From Candidatus Spongiisociaceae bacterium (lineage in GTDB: Bacteria > Actinomycetota > Acidimicrobiia > Spongiisociales > Spongiisociaceae), in contig OZ253564.1 in assembly GCA_965262915.1 (NCBI GenBank), forward strand, positions 2,176,001 to 2,240,000: a stretch of DNA of 64,000 bases, read 5' to 3'. Below, one piece after another: positions 26,359 to 34,942 of this stretch (the stretch's first letter is position 1; each line of letters begins with the position of its first letter). Under the pieces are notes generated by a model. It saw nothing but the letters and a program-made list of their open reading frames with translations. It ran no database searches and was not told the DNA's origin. Position numbers and translations under genes: made by a program.

Positions 26359-27132
26359 CTAGCCCTGGCACGATGGGCACCAGAACGTTGTGCGGCCGGC
26401 GGTTGTGGATTTCCTTATGCCGATTCCGCAGCGGCGGCACGGCCGGTTCGCTCGTTCGTACACGTACAGGTTCATGCTGGCGCGGCGGGCGCCGGTCGTG
26501 GTGCGGCGGCGGCCCGCGTTGAGCCGCAGGTGCCGGGCGCATCTCCGCAGCATCCGATCAACCAGTGCGTCGTCCACCTCCCCGATCGGCGTCGCGGGGT
26601 GGATCCCCATCTCGAACAGCACCTCGTTGCGGTAGACGTTGCCGATCCCCGAAACCACCGACTGATCGAGTAGGACCTCGGTGACCGTGGTTCGTGGATC
26701 CCGGCGCCGGGACCGGACCAGCACTTCTTCGAGGTCGGGTACCGGCACGCTCAGGTCCGGTCCGAGACTTGCTACGGAAGCCCGCACCTTGGGGGAACGA
26801 TCGAGTTCCACCGTGGGGGCGTTGTAACACCGGATCGCCCAACCGGCGGTTTCCAAAGCCACGCGGGCGGCGCCGTCGCCCCGTCGCCCGGTGGGCGGTC
26901 CGAACCACCAACGGCCGGTCATGCCAAGGTGTACCCGGAGGGTCCAGCCGCCCTCGAAGTCGATGAGCAGGGGCTTGCCGACCGCCCCGACCTTTCGTAC
27001 CCGGGCGTCCCGGAGCCGGTGCGCGTGCCGCCGTACACAGCGGGCACTGCCCCCCAGACGCACGAGGGGACGCCCGCCGATCCGTTCCCGGATGCGGTCG
27101 GCGACGCCATGGACGGTGTCGCCCTCTGGCAT
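26359..27132 (-). CDS. nei: Fpg/Nei family DNA glycosylase (endonuclease VIII-like)
   Basis: N-terminal MPEG, HLGMTG, LLDQ..VSGIGNVYR.E, C-terminal C4 zinc finger. Confidence 0.9.
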   Translation of the reverse strand: MPEGDTVHGVADRIRERIGGRPLVRLGGSARCVRRHAHRLRDARVRKVGAVGKPLLIDFEGGWTLRVHLGMTGRWWFGPPTGRRGDGAARVALETAGWAIRCYNAPTVELDRSPKVRASVASLGPDLSVPVPDLEEVLVRSRRRDPRTTVTEVLLDQSVVSGIGNVYRNEVLFEMGIHPATPIGEVDDALVDRMLRRCARHLRLNAGRRRTTTGARRASMNLYVYERANRPCRRCGIGIRKSTTAGRTTFWCPSCQG

Positions 27133-27140
27133 ACAGACCA

Positions 27141-30100
27141 CTAACGGCCCCGGTAGGCCAGACCGTGCAGGCTGACCGCGAAACCACTCTCGAGTAGCGC
27201 CGGACCCAGCGGATGGTCGCCGGCCGGCTCGCCGTCGATGGTCTCGATGATCAGGCGGCGGTGCCGCAGCCCTATCTCGGTCAGGGCTTCGGCGGCAGCC
27301 GCGTGCAGATCCGGCTCCCGGGTTAGCAGGACAGCCTTCTTACCGCCCCGCTCGAGGAACACGAGCGGGCTTCCGTCGTGGAGGATCACGTAGGCGCCTG
27401 CCGAGCGGGAGGCCCGGCCTTCGGCTTGCTCCGGCCACGGGACCAGCGTCCCGTACGGGTTGGCCGGGTCTGCGGCTGCCAGTACCAGCACCTCGTCGCC
27501 TTGCTCGGCAGCCCGTAGCCGGTCCAGAGCCCCGGGAAGGGCGAACTGGAGCCCTCCCAGACCCTCAACGAAGTAGCCGCGGCGGATGCTCCCCGTCTCC
27601 TCCAGGTGGTTGAGCACCGGGTACAGGGTGGTGAGCCCGCCCGGGATGTTCTCCGCCAGAGCCCCGGCCCGGGTCAGGACTCCCTGGCGCTCCAGTAGCA
27701 ACTCGGTCCACGCCGCCGCCCATACCGAGTCCGCGGCAGGGATCGGGCACAGATCGGTCACCATCGACCAGCGGCCCGAGGAGGAAGGGGGCATCGTGGA
27801 TGGCAGGTGGGGACGGGCCCGGACCGGGCGTCGGCGCACCTTTCCCAATTGCAGGGCGCGGAGGGGAGCGAGGGTGTCGTTGGTGATCTCTCCCGACCAC
27901 ACCAGGTCCCATAGGGCGTCCAGGGTGTCCTCGAGGCGTGTTCCTCCCGATGCGGTGTGGATGTCGCGGAAGAACGAAGCGCCCCGTGCCGAGAGATGGG
28001 CGCGGATCGCCTCGTGGAGTTCCGACTCGGGAGGATCCTGTTCGGTGGGCCGATGCAGGATGGGCAACCGGTCGCGCAGGTACAGCGCGATCCGGCCGTC
28101 ACGCGGTCCGATGGACCCGCGGCCGACCCAGACCACCTCGCCGGACGCCATGAGTTGGTCCAGCATCCCGGGGGTGTAGTCGAGGCGGGCGGTGAGAACA
28201 TCCCGTTCGAGGATGGAGGCGGGGATCGGAACGCCTTGGAGGGTGCGGATCGTCTCCACCAGCGCCGCTATGTGGCAGCGCCCGGTGCGACCCACCCCCT
28301 GCCAGGCGGGAAGGAACCGTCCCAGCGCGGTCTGCTCCACTGCTTCGATCTCACGGCGCAGCACCGCCAGGCTGCGCCGCTTGAGGCGCCGCAGGACGCG
28401 GTTGTCCACCCACTCCTGACCGGCGCCACCCGGTCGGAACGCCCCTCGGGTAACTCGTCCCGCCCGCTCGAGCGTTCCGAGCGTGTTCTGTACGACCGCC
28501 AGGGGTAGGCCGAGCGCAAGTCCCGCCTCTTCGGCCGTGAAGGGTCCATGGGTACGTGCATAGCGGCCCACCACCTCACCCAGGGAATCGGGTCCGCCCT
28601 CCAGGAAGGCATGGGGGGTTCCGGGAGGCGGCTGCACTCCCACAGCGTCGCGTAGCCGACCGGCGTCTTCGATGGCCGCCCAGGCCGGCACCCCGGCCAC
28701 ATGTACCTGGATCGCCCGCCGGGCCGACTCCAGCTCGCTGAGGATCTCTGCTGCATCACCGGCGACAAGACGGGCGGCCACCCCCTCCCCGGTGAGCGGT
28801 CCGAGGGCGCGCAGGAGGTCAGCCACACCGTCCCTCCCCCTGACCTTGCGGTCCTCCGCCAGGCGCTGCAGCTCCAGTTCCACCGACGCGACCACGTCTT
28901 CGTTGAGGAGTTCACGCAGTTCGCCCTCACCGAGCAGTTCCCGCAACAGGTCACGGTCCAGGGTCAGGGCCGCCGCCCGCCGCTCGGCAGGTGCGGTGTC
29001 CCCTTCGTAGAGATAGGAGGCGACGAACTCGAACAGGAGCGACGATGCGAAGGGGCTCGCACCCGCGGTGTCGACTTCGACCACCCGGACCTTCCGGGAT
29101 CTGATTTCGCCGAGGATTGCCTTCGACGCGGGGAGGTCGAAAACGTCCTGGAGGATCTCCCGGTACGTCTCCAGGATGATCGGGAACGAGCCGAAGCGCG
29201 TGACTATCGCCATCAGGTCGGAAGCCCGCCGTCGCTGGAGCCACAGAGGCGTGCGCCCGCCGGGGCGGCGGCGGGGGAGGAGGAGGGCCCGGGCGGCGGC
29301 CTCCCGGAACCGGGCGGCGAATATCGCCGTGCCCGAGAGTTCGTCGATCAATATCGACTCGAGTTCGTCGGGGTCGATGAGCAGATCATCGAGGGTGGGC
29401 AGGTCGTCGGTGTCGACGAACCGGAAGGAGATCCCGTCGTCGCTCCAGATGACATCGAGATTGCGCCCGTAGCGGTGGCGGAGGCGCTGGTTGATGGCCA
29501 TCGCCCACGGGGCATGGACCCGTGCCCCGAAGGGGGAGAGGACGGCGATCCGCCAGTCGCCGATCTCGTCGCGGAAGCGTTCGACGACGATCGTCCTGTC
29601 GGTGGGAAGCACGCCGGTTGCATCCTTCTGGTCGGAGAGGAAGGCGACCAGGTTGGAGGCTGCCCACGCGTCGAGATGGTGCTGGTCGCGGAGCGTGGCT
29701 ACGGCTGGTCCGGGCTCCAGCGCACCGAAACGGCGGATGAACCGGCCGATGGCCCTTCCGGTGTCCAGTGGACGGCCCTCACGGTCGCCCCGCCAGAACG
29801 GCATCCGGGCAGCCGGCTCGGCCGGGGCCGGGATCACCTCCACCCGGTCGGCGGTGATATCGCTGATCCGCCAGGTGGAGGTGCCGAGGATGAACACGTC
29901 GCCCGGGCGAGACTCGTAGACCATCTCCTCGTCGAGCTCCCCGACCCGGCTCCCGTCGGGGAGGTTGACGGTGTAGAGACCCCGGTCCGGGATGGTTCCG
30001 GGGTTGGTCACCGCCAGGCGTTGGGCGCCCGAACGGGGGGTGAGGGTGTGGGTCACCCGGTCCCACACCAGGCGGGGCCGCAACTCTCCGAACAGCTCCG

Positions 30101-31532
30101 AGGGGTAGCGCCCCGCCAGCATGTCGAGCACCGACTCGTAGGGACCGCGGGCGAGGTCACGGTAGGGGCCCGCCCGCCGCACCGTCCCGTACAGTTCGTC
30201 CACGTCCCAGTCGTCCATCGCGACCGCCGCCACGATCTGCTGGGCCAGTACATCGAGCGGGCTCTGGGGAACGGTGGTCGGTTCCACCGCACGGGCGAGC
30301 ATCAGATCGGCCACCACGGTCGCCTCCAACAGGTCCCCGCGGAACTTGGGGAAGATCTTGGCGATGCTGGTGGCGCCCACCTGATGGCCGGCCCGGCCGA
30401 CCCGCTGGAGGCCCGACGCCACGCTAGTGGGTGACTCGATGTGGATCACCAGATCGACCGCACCCATGTCGATACCGAGTTCCAGCGTCGAAGTGGCCAC
30501 CACGGCCGGTAGATCCCCCCGCTTCAGGAGGTCCTCGATCAGCAGGCGCTGGTGGCGAGACACCGAACCGTGGTGGGCGCGGGCTATCTCCTGGTCGGCC
30601 AGGTTGTTGAGCTCGGTACACAGCCTCTCGGCCAGCCTCCGGGAGTTGGCGAAGACGATGGTGGATCGGTGGGCCCGGATCAGGTCGAGCAACCTGGGGT
30701 AGACGGAGGGCCAGATGGACCGGTAGCCCGTATCCGCGGGATCGGAGTTGAGCGGATCGGGGGGCGCCGGAGCAGCCATGTCCTCGACCGGGACGACGAG
30801 TTCCACCTCCAGTCCCCGATCGCTCGGAACGTCGACGACGGTCACCGGCCGGGGCGTCCAGGTATCGCCCTCAACCGTGCCGCCGGCCATGAACTCGGCG
30901 ATGACCGGCAAGGGCCGTTGGGTGGCAGAGAGGCCGATCCGCTGGGGAACGACAGCGGTGATCTCCTCGAGCCTCTCGAGCGACAGAGCCAGATGGGAGC
31001 CCCGCTTGGTGCCCGCCACCGCGTGTACCTCGTCGAGGATCACCCATCGGATCGAGGCCAGTATCCGGCGGGCCTGGCTGGTGAGGATCAGGTACAGGGA
31101 CTCGGGGGTGGTGATGAGGATGTCCGGGGGATGCCGCTGCATGCGCCGCCGGTCGGCCGCCGGGGTGTCCCCGGTGCGGATGGCCGCCGCCACTTCGGCG
31201 AGTGGGGCCGTTCCGTAGCGGGCCGCGGCATGGACGATTCCAGTCAGCGGCGCCCTCAGGTTGCGCTCCACGTCGTGGGCCAGGGCCTTCATCGGGGATA
31301 TGTACAGCACCCGGCAGCGGCTTGCCCGAGCGGGGACGGGTTCGGTGAAAAGCCGATCGAGTGTGTAGAGGAAGGCGGCCAGGGTCTTCCCCGATCCGGT
31401 GGGGGCGTGGACGAGGGTGTGATCACCCGCGGCGATGGCCGGCCATCCTCTCGCCTGGGCCGGGGTGGGCGCGGGGAACGACTCCTCGAACCAGGTCGCT
31501 GTGGCAGGGGAGAACAGATCGCGCAACACCAT
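27141..31532 (-). CDS. lhr: Lhr (large helicase-related) SF2 helicase with C-terminal extension
   Basis: APTGSGKT, DEVH, LSAT, ATSTLELGIDMG, QRVGRAGH, GTIPDRG, RRGYFVEGLGG.QFA, AADPANPYG. Confidence 0.95.
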   Translation of the reverse strand: MVLRDLFSPATATWFEESFPAPTPAQARGWPAIAAGDHTLVHAPTGSGKTLAAFLYTLDRLFTEPVPARASRCRVLYISPMKALAHDVERNLRAPLTGIVHAAARYGTAPLAEVAAAIRTGDTPAADRRRMQRHPPDILITTPESLYLILTSQARRILASIRWVILDEVHAVAGTKRGSHLALSLERLEEITAVVPQRIGLSATQRPLPVIAEFMAGGTVEGDTWTPRPVTVVDVPSDRGLEVELVVPVEDMAAPAPPDPLNSDPADTGYRSIWPSVYPRLLDLIRAHRSTIVFANSRRLAERLCTELNNLADQEIARAHHGSVSRHQRLLIEDLLKRGDLPAVVATSTLELGIDMGAVDLVIHIESPTSVASGLQRVGRAGHQVGATSIAKIFPKFRGDLLEATVVADLMLARAVEPTTVPQSPLDVLAQQIVAAVAMDDWDVDELYGTVRRAGPYRDLARGPYESVLDMLAGRYPSELFGELRPRLVWDRVTHTLTPRSGAQRLAVTNPGTIPDRGLYTVNLPDGSRVGELDEEMVYESRPGDVFILGTSTWRISDITADRVEVIPAPAEPAARMPFWRGDREGRPLDTGRAIGRFIRRFGALEPGPAVATLRDQHHLDAWAASNLVAFLSDQKDATGVLPTDRTIVVERFRDEIGDWRIAVLSPFGARVHAPWAMAINQRLRHRYGRNLDVIWSDDGISFRFVDTDDLPTLDDLLIDPDELESILIDELSGTAIFAARFREAAARALLLPRRRPGGRTPLWLQRRRASDLMAIVTRFGSFPIILETYREILQDVFDLPASKAILGEIRSRKVRVVEVDTAGASPFASSLLFEFVASYLYEGDTAPAERRAAALTLDRDLLRELLGEGELRELLNEDVVASVELELQRLAEDRKVRGRDGVADLLRALGPLTGEGVAARLVAGDAAEILSELESARRAIQVHVAGVPAWAAIEDAGRLRDAVGVQPPPGTPHAFLEGGPDSLGEVVGRYARTHGPFTAEEAGLALGLPLAVVQNTLGTLERAGRVTRGAFRPGGAGQEWVDNRVLRRLKRRSLAVLRREIEAVEQTALGRFLPAWQGVGRTGRCHIAALVETIRTLQGVPIPASILERDVLTARLDYTPGMLDQLMASGEVVWVGRGSIGPRDGRIALYLRDRLPILHRPTEQDPPESELHEAIRAHLSARGASFFRDIHTASGGTRLEDTLDALWDLVWSGEITNDTLAPLRALQLGKVRRRPVRARPHLPSTMPPSSSGRWSMVTDLCPIPAADSVWAAAWTELLLERQGVLTRAGALAENIPGGLTTLYPVLNHLEETGSIRRGYFVEGLGGLQFALPGALDRLRAAEQGDEVLVLAAADPANPYGTLVPWPEQAEGRASRSAGAYVILHDGSPLVFLERGGKKAVLLTREPDLHAAAAEALTEIGLRHRRLIIETIDGEPAGDHPLGPALLESGFAVSLHGLAYRGR

Positions 31533-31587
31533 GACCGAGAGGGTATCGCGGGCGTGTGACACGGTCGGTGGCCGGTAGCGGGTCACG

Positions 31588-31668
31588 GGCAACTGGCAAC
31601 TAACAACTGGCTACCAACGGTGCCAACCGCCAACCTCGGTATTCAACTCCGACCGACAACTACCGACT
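31588..31668. repeat. Degenerate 7-bp array
   Basis: ggcaact ggcaact aacaact ggctacc ... gccaacc gccaacc ... gacaact accgact. Confidence 0.65.
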
Positions 31669-31870
31669 AGCCCCGATTCTTCAGGCTTGGAGGGTCACGT
31701 CCTTGAATCTGGTGGGGCTGGGACCTCTGACGAGGGGTTTGTGAGTGTTGACGAGCCCGGTGTCCCGTACAGCCGTTTCACTCCCAGGGTGAGCGGCGAC
31801 TGAGCGCACTTGTCGACTTCACCCGGCCGGTAGTGGAACATTGGGCCAGTGTGTCTGAAGAATCAGGGCT
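31669..31870. mobile_element. ~200-bp MITE (third family) nested in a heptamer array
   Basis: AGCCCCGATTCTTCAG ... CTGAAGAATCAGGGCT 16-bp IR (1 mismatch); solo right end GAAGAATCAGGGCT at 31945-31958. Confidence 0.7.
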
Positions 31871-31957
31871 CGTATCAGGCTTGACTACTGACCGCCGACC
31901 ACTGGCCACTGACCCCGGGCCAACCCCCAAACCGGCTAGCCCGCGAAGAATCAGGGC

Positions 31958-32022
31958 TAACAACCGCCAACCGCCAACCGGCAACCGCCAACCGGCACCT
32001 GGCACCTGGCACCTGGCAACCG
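31958..32022. repeat. 7-bp tandem array
   Basis: aacaacc gccaacc gccaacc ggcaacc gccaacc ggcacct ggcacct ggcacct ggcaacc, directly after the btpA-like stop. Confidence 0.85.
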
Positions 32023-32023
32023 G

Positions 32024-32794
32024 TCAGCGTGCGGCTTTGACCAGCGCGGCGGCCCTCGTGGGATCCACCGGCCGGTGGACATCCCCCATCTCTTTGATGT
32101 CCGTTCCCACGATCACGCCTTCAACCACGCCGGCCAAGCCTGCGAGACGGTCCGCGGTGACACCGGATCCCACCAGGAGCCTGGCACCCGGCACCGCCGC
32201 CCTCACCCGCTGGATCAGTGCCCACTCGGCCGGCCGCCCGGTGGCCGGCCCTGACACGATCAGTGCGTCGGCCATGGCCCGGTACCGGAGATCGGCTGCC
32301 GCCTCCTCGATCCTCAGTCCAGGCGGGGGAGTGGCGTGCTTGACGAACACGTCGGCCAGCACGTCGATTTCTGGGCCGATCGAAGCCTTCAACCGGGTGA
32401 GGTGAGCGGCCTTCCCCTCTATGAGCCCCTGATCCGTGTACATGGTGCCCGAGAGGACGTTGACGCGGATGAACCGGGCCTCGCACGCCGCGGCAATCGA
32501 CAGCGCGGCGATGGCATCGTTGCGCAAGACATTGACGCCGACCGGCAGATCGACCGCGTCCCGGATCGCCGCCACCACCCGCGCCAGGGCTGCCACGGTG
32601 GTATCAGGGACATCGTCGGGAAAGTAGGGAACGTCGCCGTAGTTCTCCACCAGGACGGCGTCGAAGCCCGCGTTCTGCAGGGTGGTCGCATCGTCGACCG
32701 CTCGCCGGACCACCCGTCCCATGGGAGGCCGGTAACGCGGGGAACCCGGGAGGGCCCCCACGTGGACCATCCCGATGAGTTGGAGGGATGCCAT
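32024..32794 (-). CDS. BtpA/SgcQ family TIM-barrel protein
   Basis: IGMVH..LPGSP, ENYGD.P, GVNVLRND, FIRVN, TDQG, ADV.VKH, SG.ATG. Confidence 0.92.
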   Translation of the reverse strand: MASLQLIGMVHVGALPGSPRYRPPMGRVVRRAVDDATTLQNAGFDAVLVENYGDVPYFPDDVPDTTVAALARVVAAIRDAVDLPVGVNVLRNDAIAALSIAAACEARFIRVNVLSGTMYTDQGLIEGKAAHLTRLKASIGPEIDVLADVFVKHATPPPGLRIEEAAADLRYRAMADALIVSGPATGRPAEWALIQRVRAAVPGARLLVGSGVTADRLAGLAGVVEGVIVGTDIKEMGDVHRPVDPTRAAALVKAAR

Positions 32795-33531
32795 CAGTAG
32801 ATGCGCATCACCTGCAGGGCCGCCTCGGCTTCCTCGCCCTTGACGATCAGGTTCTCGGCATCATCGGGGTGGAGTCGCTGTACTGCTACTCGGCAAATCT
32901 CGCCCGCCGGGCCGCGGATGACCTGGCCGGTGCCCTCGGGGCCGACGGTGTACTTGGCGTACAAGGGACCGATTCCCTCGATGCGGACCGGAACCTCGTA
33001 CTCGTAACCGGCCTGCTCGAATGCCCAGGGAAGGGTCTTCTGGGTGAGCACGACGATGTGGCGCAGGCGGTCCGTGTCCTGTGACTCCTCGCCGATGGCG
33101 GCATGGATGTCGAGCCCGTGCGCCCATGTCTCGGCCAGCCGCAGGGTGGCGAAGCTACGGGCCGACATCTCGCTGAAGAACCAGGGAACCCTGTCGCGGG
33201 CCGAGGCGTGACTCAGGGCGTCGACCACCGTGGCCCTGCCGAGGCGCCACCACTCGATGACGTCCTGGGGACGCATCTGCCGTCCTCGCTCGACACCGGA
33301 CTGGGTGAAGTCGTCGAACGTCTCGTAGTCGTCGACGTCGTCGATCATCGATCCGTCTTCCGCCAAAGCGTTATAGGCGTACTCCTCAGTGTGGGCGAGA
33401 TGGGAGATCGTGTCGCGGATGTCCCACTCCTCGGAGGGGGTGAGCGCGGTCCAATTGCGTACCTTCACGCGCTGGAGGCACTGGTCGAGTTGTTGCTGTT
33501 CCGCTACCAGATCGGACAGTATTTCCCGCAC
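32794..33531 (-). CDS. MDMPI/DinB-like (maleylpyruvate isomerase N-terminal family) protein
   Basis: W...TP...W.IRD.ISHLA, R.PW...MSA......RL.ETWAHG.DI. Confidence 0.85.
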   Translation of the reverse strand: MREILSDLVAEQQQLDQCLQRVKVRNWTALTPSEEWDIRDTISHLAHTEEYAYNALAEDGSMIDDVDDYETFDDFTQSGVERGRQMRPQDVIEWWRLGRATVVDALSHASARDRVPWFFSEMSARSFATLRLAETWAHGLDIHAAIGEESQDTDRLRHIVVLTQKTLPWAFEQAGYEYEVPVRIEGIGPLYAKYTVGPEGTGQVIRGPAGEICRVAVQRLHPDDAENLIVKGEEAEAALQVMRIY

Positions 33532-33742
33532 CCGCGTTAGTCTACTATGCCCGATCCGCCACTAATCCGGTTCCGGGAGATTATTGAGACGAGCGATAGC
33601 CCGGGTGTTGAATCTTCGAGGCAGTTCGGCCGCCCCGGCACGGTTCTCCTCCGGGTATCCACCGCATCCACAACCGGGTGACCCACTGACCGCGGGATCC
33701 ATGGTGACCTTTCCCGTACCGGCCCACTCCGCGGACCTTCGC

Positions 33743-34816
33743 TCAGTTGGGGAGCGGCCGGGGTAGCGGACCCTCGAATCCGGGCGTTGGGTACACGAAG
33801 CCGTTTAGCCGGTCGAAGAGGCGACGCAGCCGCCCGACGCTCCGCCGGTTGAAGGCCAATCCCACCCGTGCACAGTCGAGAGCGTCCCCATCGCGGACTT
33901 CGCTCTCGTGGGGATCGACCCGTTCGATACGACCTACGGTGACAATATCGGCGAACTCCTCGTTGAGCATGCCGATCTGGCGGTCGGTGGGTGCGTGTCT
34001 GAGGCGGATGATCAGCCGGCCCTGGACGTATCGCTGGGAGTGGTAGTTGGCATAGAACCGGCATATCTCGTCGGCTGCCTCGTCGACGTCTCCGGTGATC
34101 CTGTACAGGTCGAGGTCCTCGGGGCTGATCATGCCGTGCCCGAGCAGGCGCTCGCTCACGAACCGCTGCCATGCGGGCCAGTAGGAGTCCCCGGACTCCA
34201 TGAGGACGATCGGTTGGATGGGCGCCTTTCCGGTCTGGACCAGCGTGAGCAACTCGAATGCTTCGTCCATGGTGCCGAAGCCGCCGGGGAAGATGGCGAA
34301 GGCATGCGATTCCTTGACGAAGCCGAGCTTGCGGGTGAAGAAGTACTTGAAGTTGATGAGCCGGCTGTCGGGGACGTAGGGGTTGGCATGGGCCTCGAAC
34401 GGGAGCCGGATGTTGACGCCGAAGGAGCCCTCGCGGCCTGCCCCGCGATTGCCGGCCTCCATGATCCCCGGGCCTGCGCCGGTGACCACCATCCATCCCC
34501 GGCGTCTCCACATGTGCCGGGCGAAATCATGAGCAAGCCGGTAATCCGGATGGTCGGGTGCCGTCCGGGCCGACCCGAAGATGGTGACCTTGGGTAGGTC
34601 GGCGTAGGCCCGGAACACCCTCGACGAATAGCGCATCTCCTTGAGTGCGCTGTTGAAGAGCTTCAACTCCCCGCGGTCGGGCCGGTCGCGGTGGAGCTTC
34701 AGGGCCGTGGTCATCAACTCGGCGATCAGATCCGGGTTGCTACCGTCCCCGGCCCGGCGGATGAGGTCGGCGATCCTGCGGTCGAGGTCCGCGTTTCCCA
34801 TTTCGTATCGGGCCAT
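33743..34816 (-). CDS. LOG family (TIGR00730-like) Rossmann-fold protein, long form
   Basis: VTIFGSAR, TGAGPGIMEAGNRGA, FKYFFTRK, PGGFGTMDE. Confidence 0.9.
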   Translation of the reverse strand: MARYEMGNADLDRRIADLIRRAGDGSNPDLIAELMTTALKLHRDRPDRGELKLFNSALKEMRYSSRVFRAYADLPKVTIFGSARTAPDHPDYRLAHDFARHMWRRRGWMVVTGAGPGIMEAGNRGAGREGSFGVNIRLPFEAHANPYVPDSRLINFKYFFTRKLGFVKESHAFAIFPGGFGTMDEAFELLTLVQTGKAPIQPIVLMESGDSYWPAWQRFVSERLLGHGMISPEDLDLYRITGDVDEAADEICRFYANYHSQRYVQGRLIIRLRHAPTDRQIGMLNEEFADIVTVGRIERVDPHESEVRDGDALDCARVGLAFNRRSVGRLRRLFDRLNGFVYPTPGFEGPLPRPLPN

Positions 34817-34942
34817 GGCCGGTAGAGTAACGGGGTCCTGTCCCTCGGGAGATCGAGACGGCATTGTTCTTCCCGGCTCGGACCGTCGGGGATCCCGGAC
34901 TCCTTTCCGGCTACCTGCTCGGCCTGCGATGATGCTTCCCAT

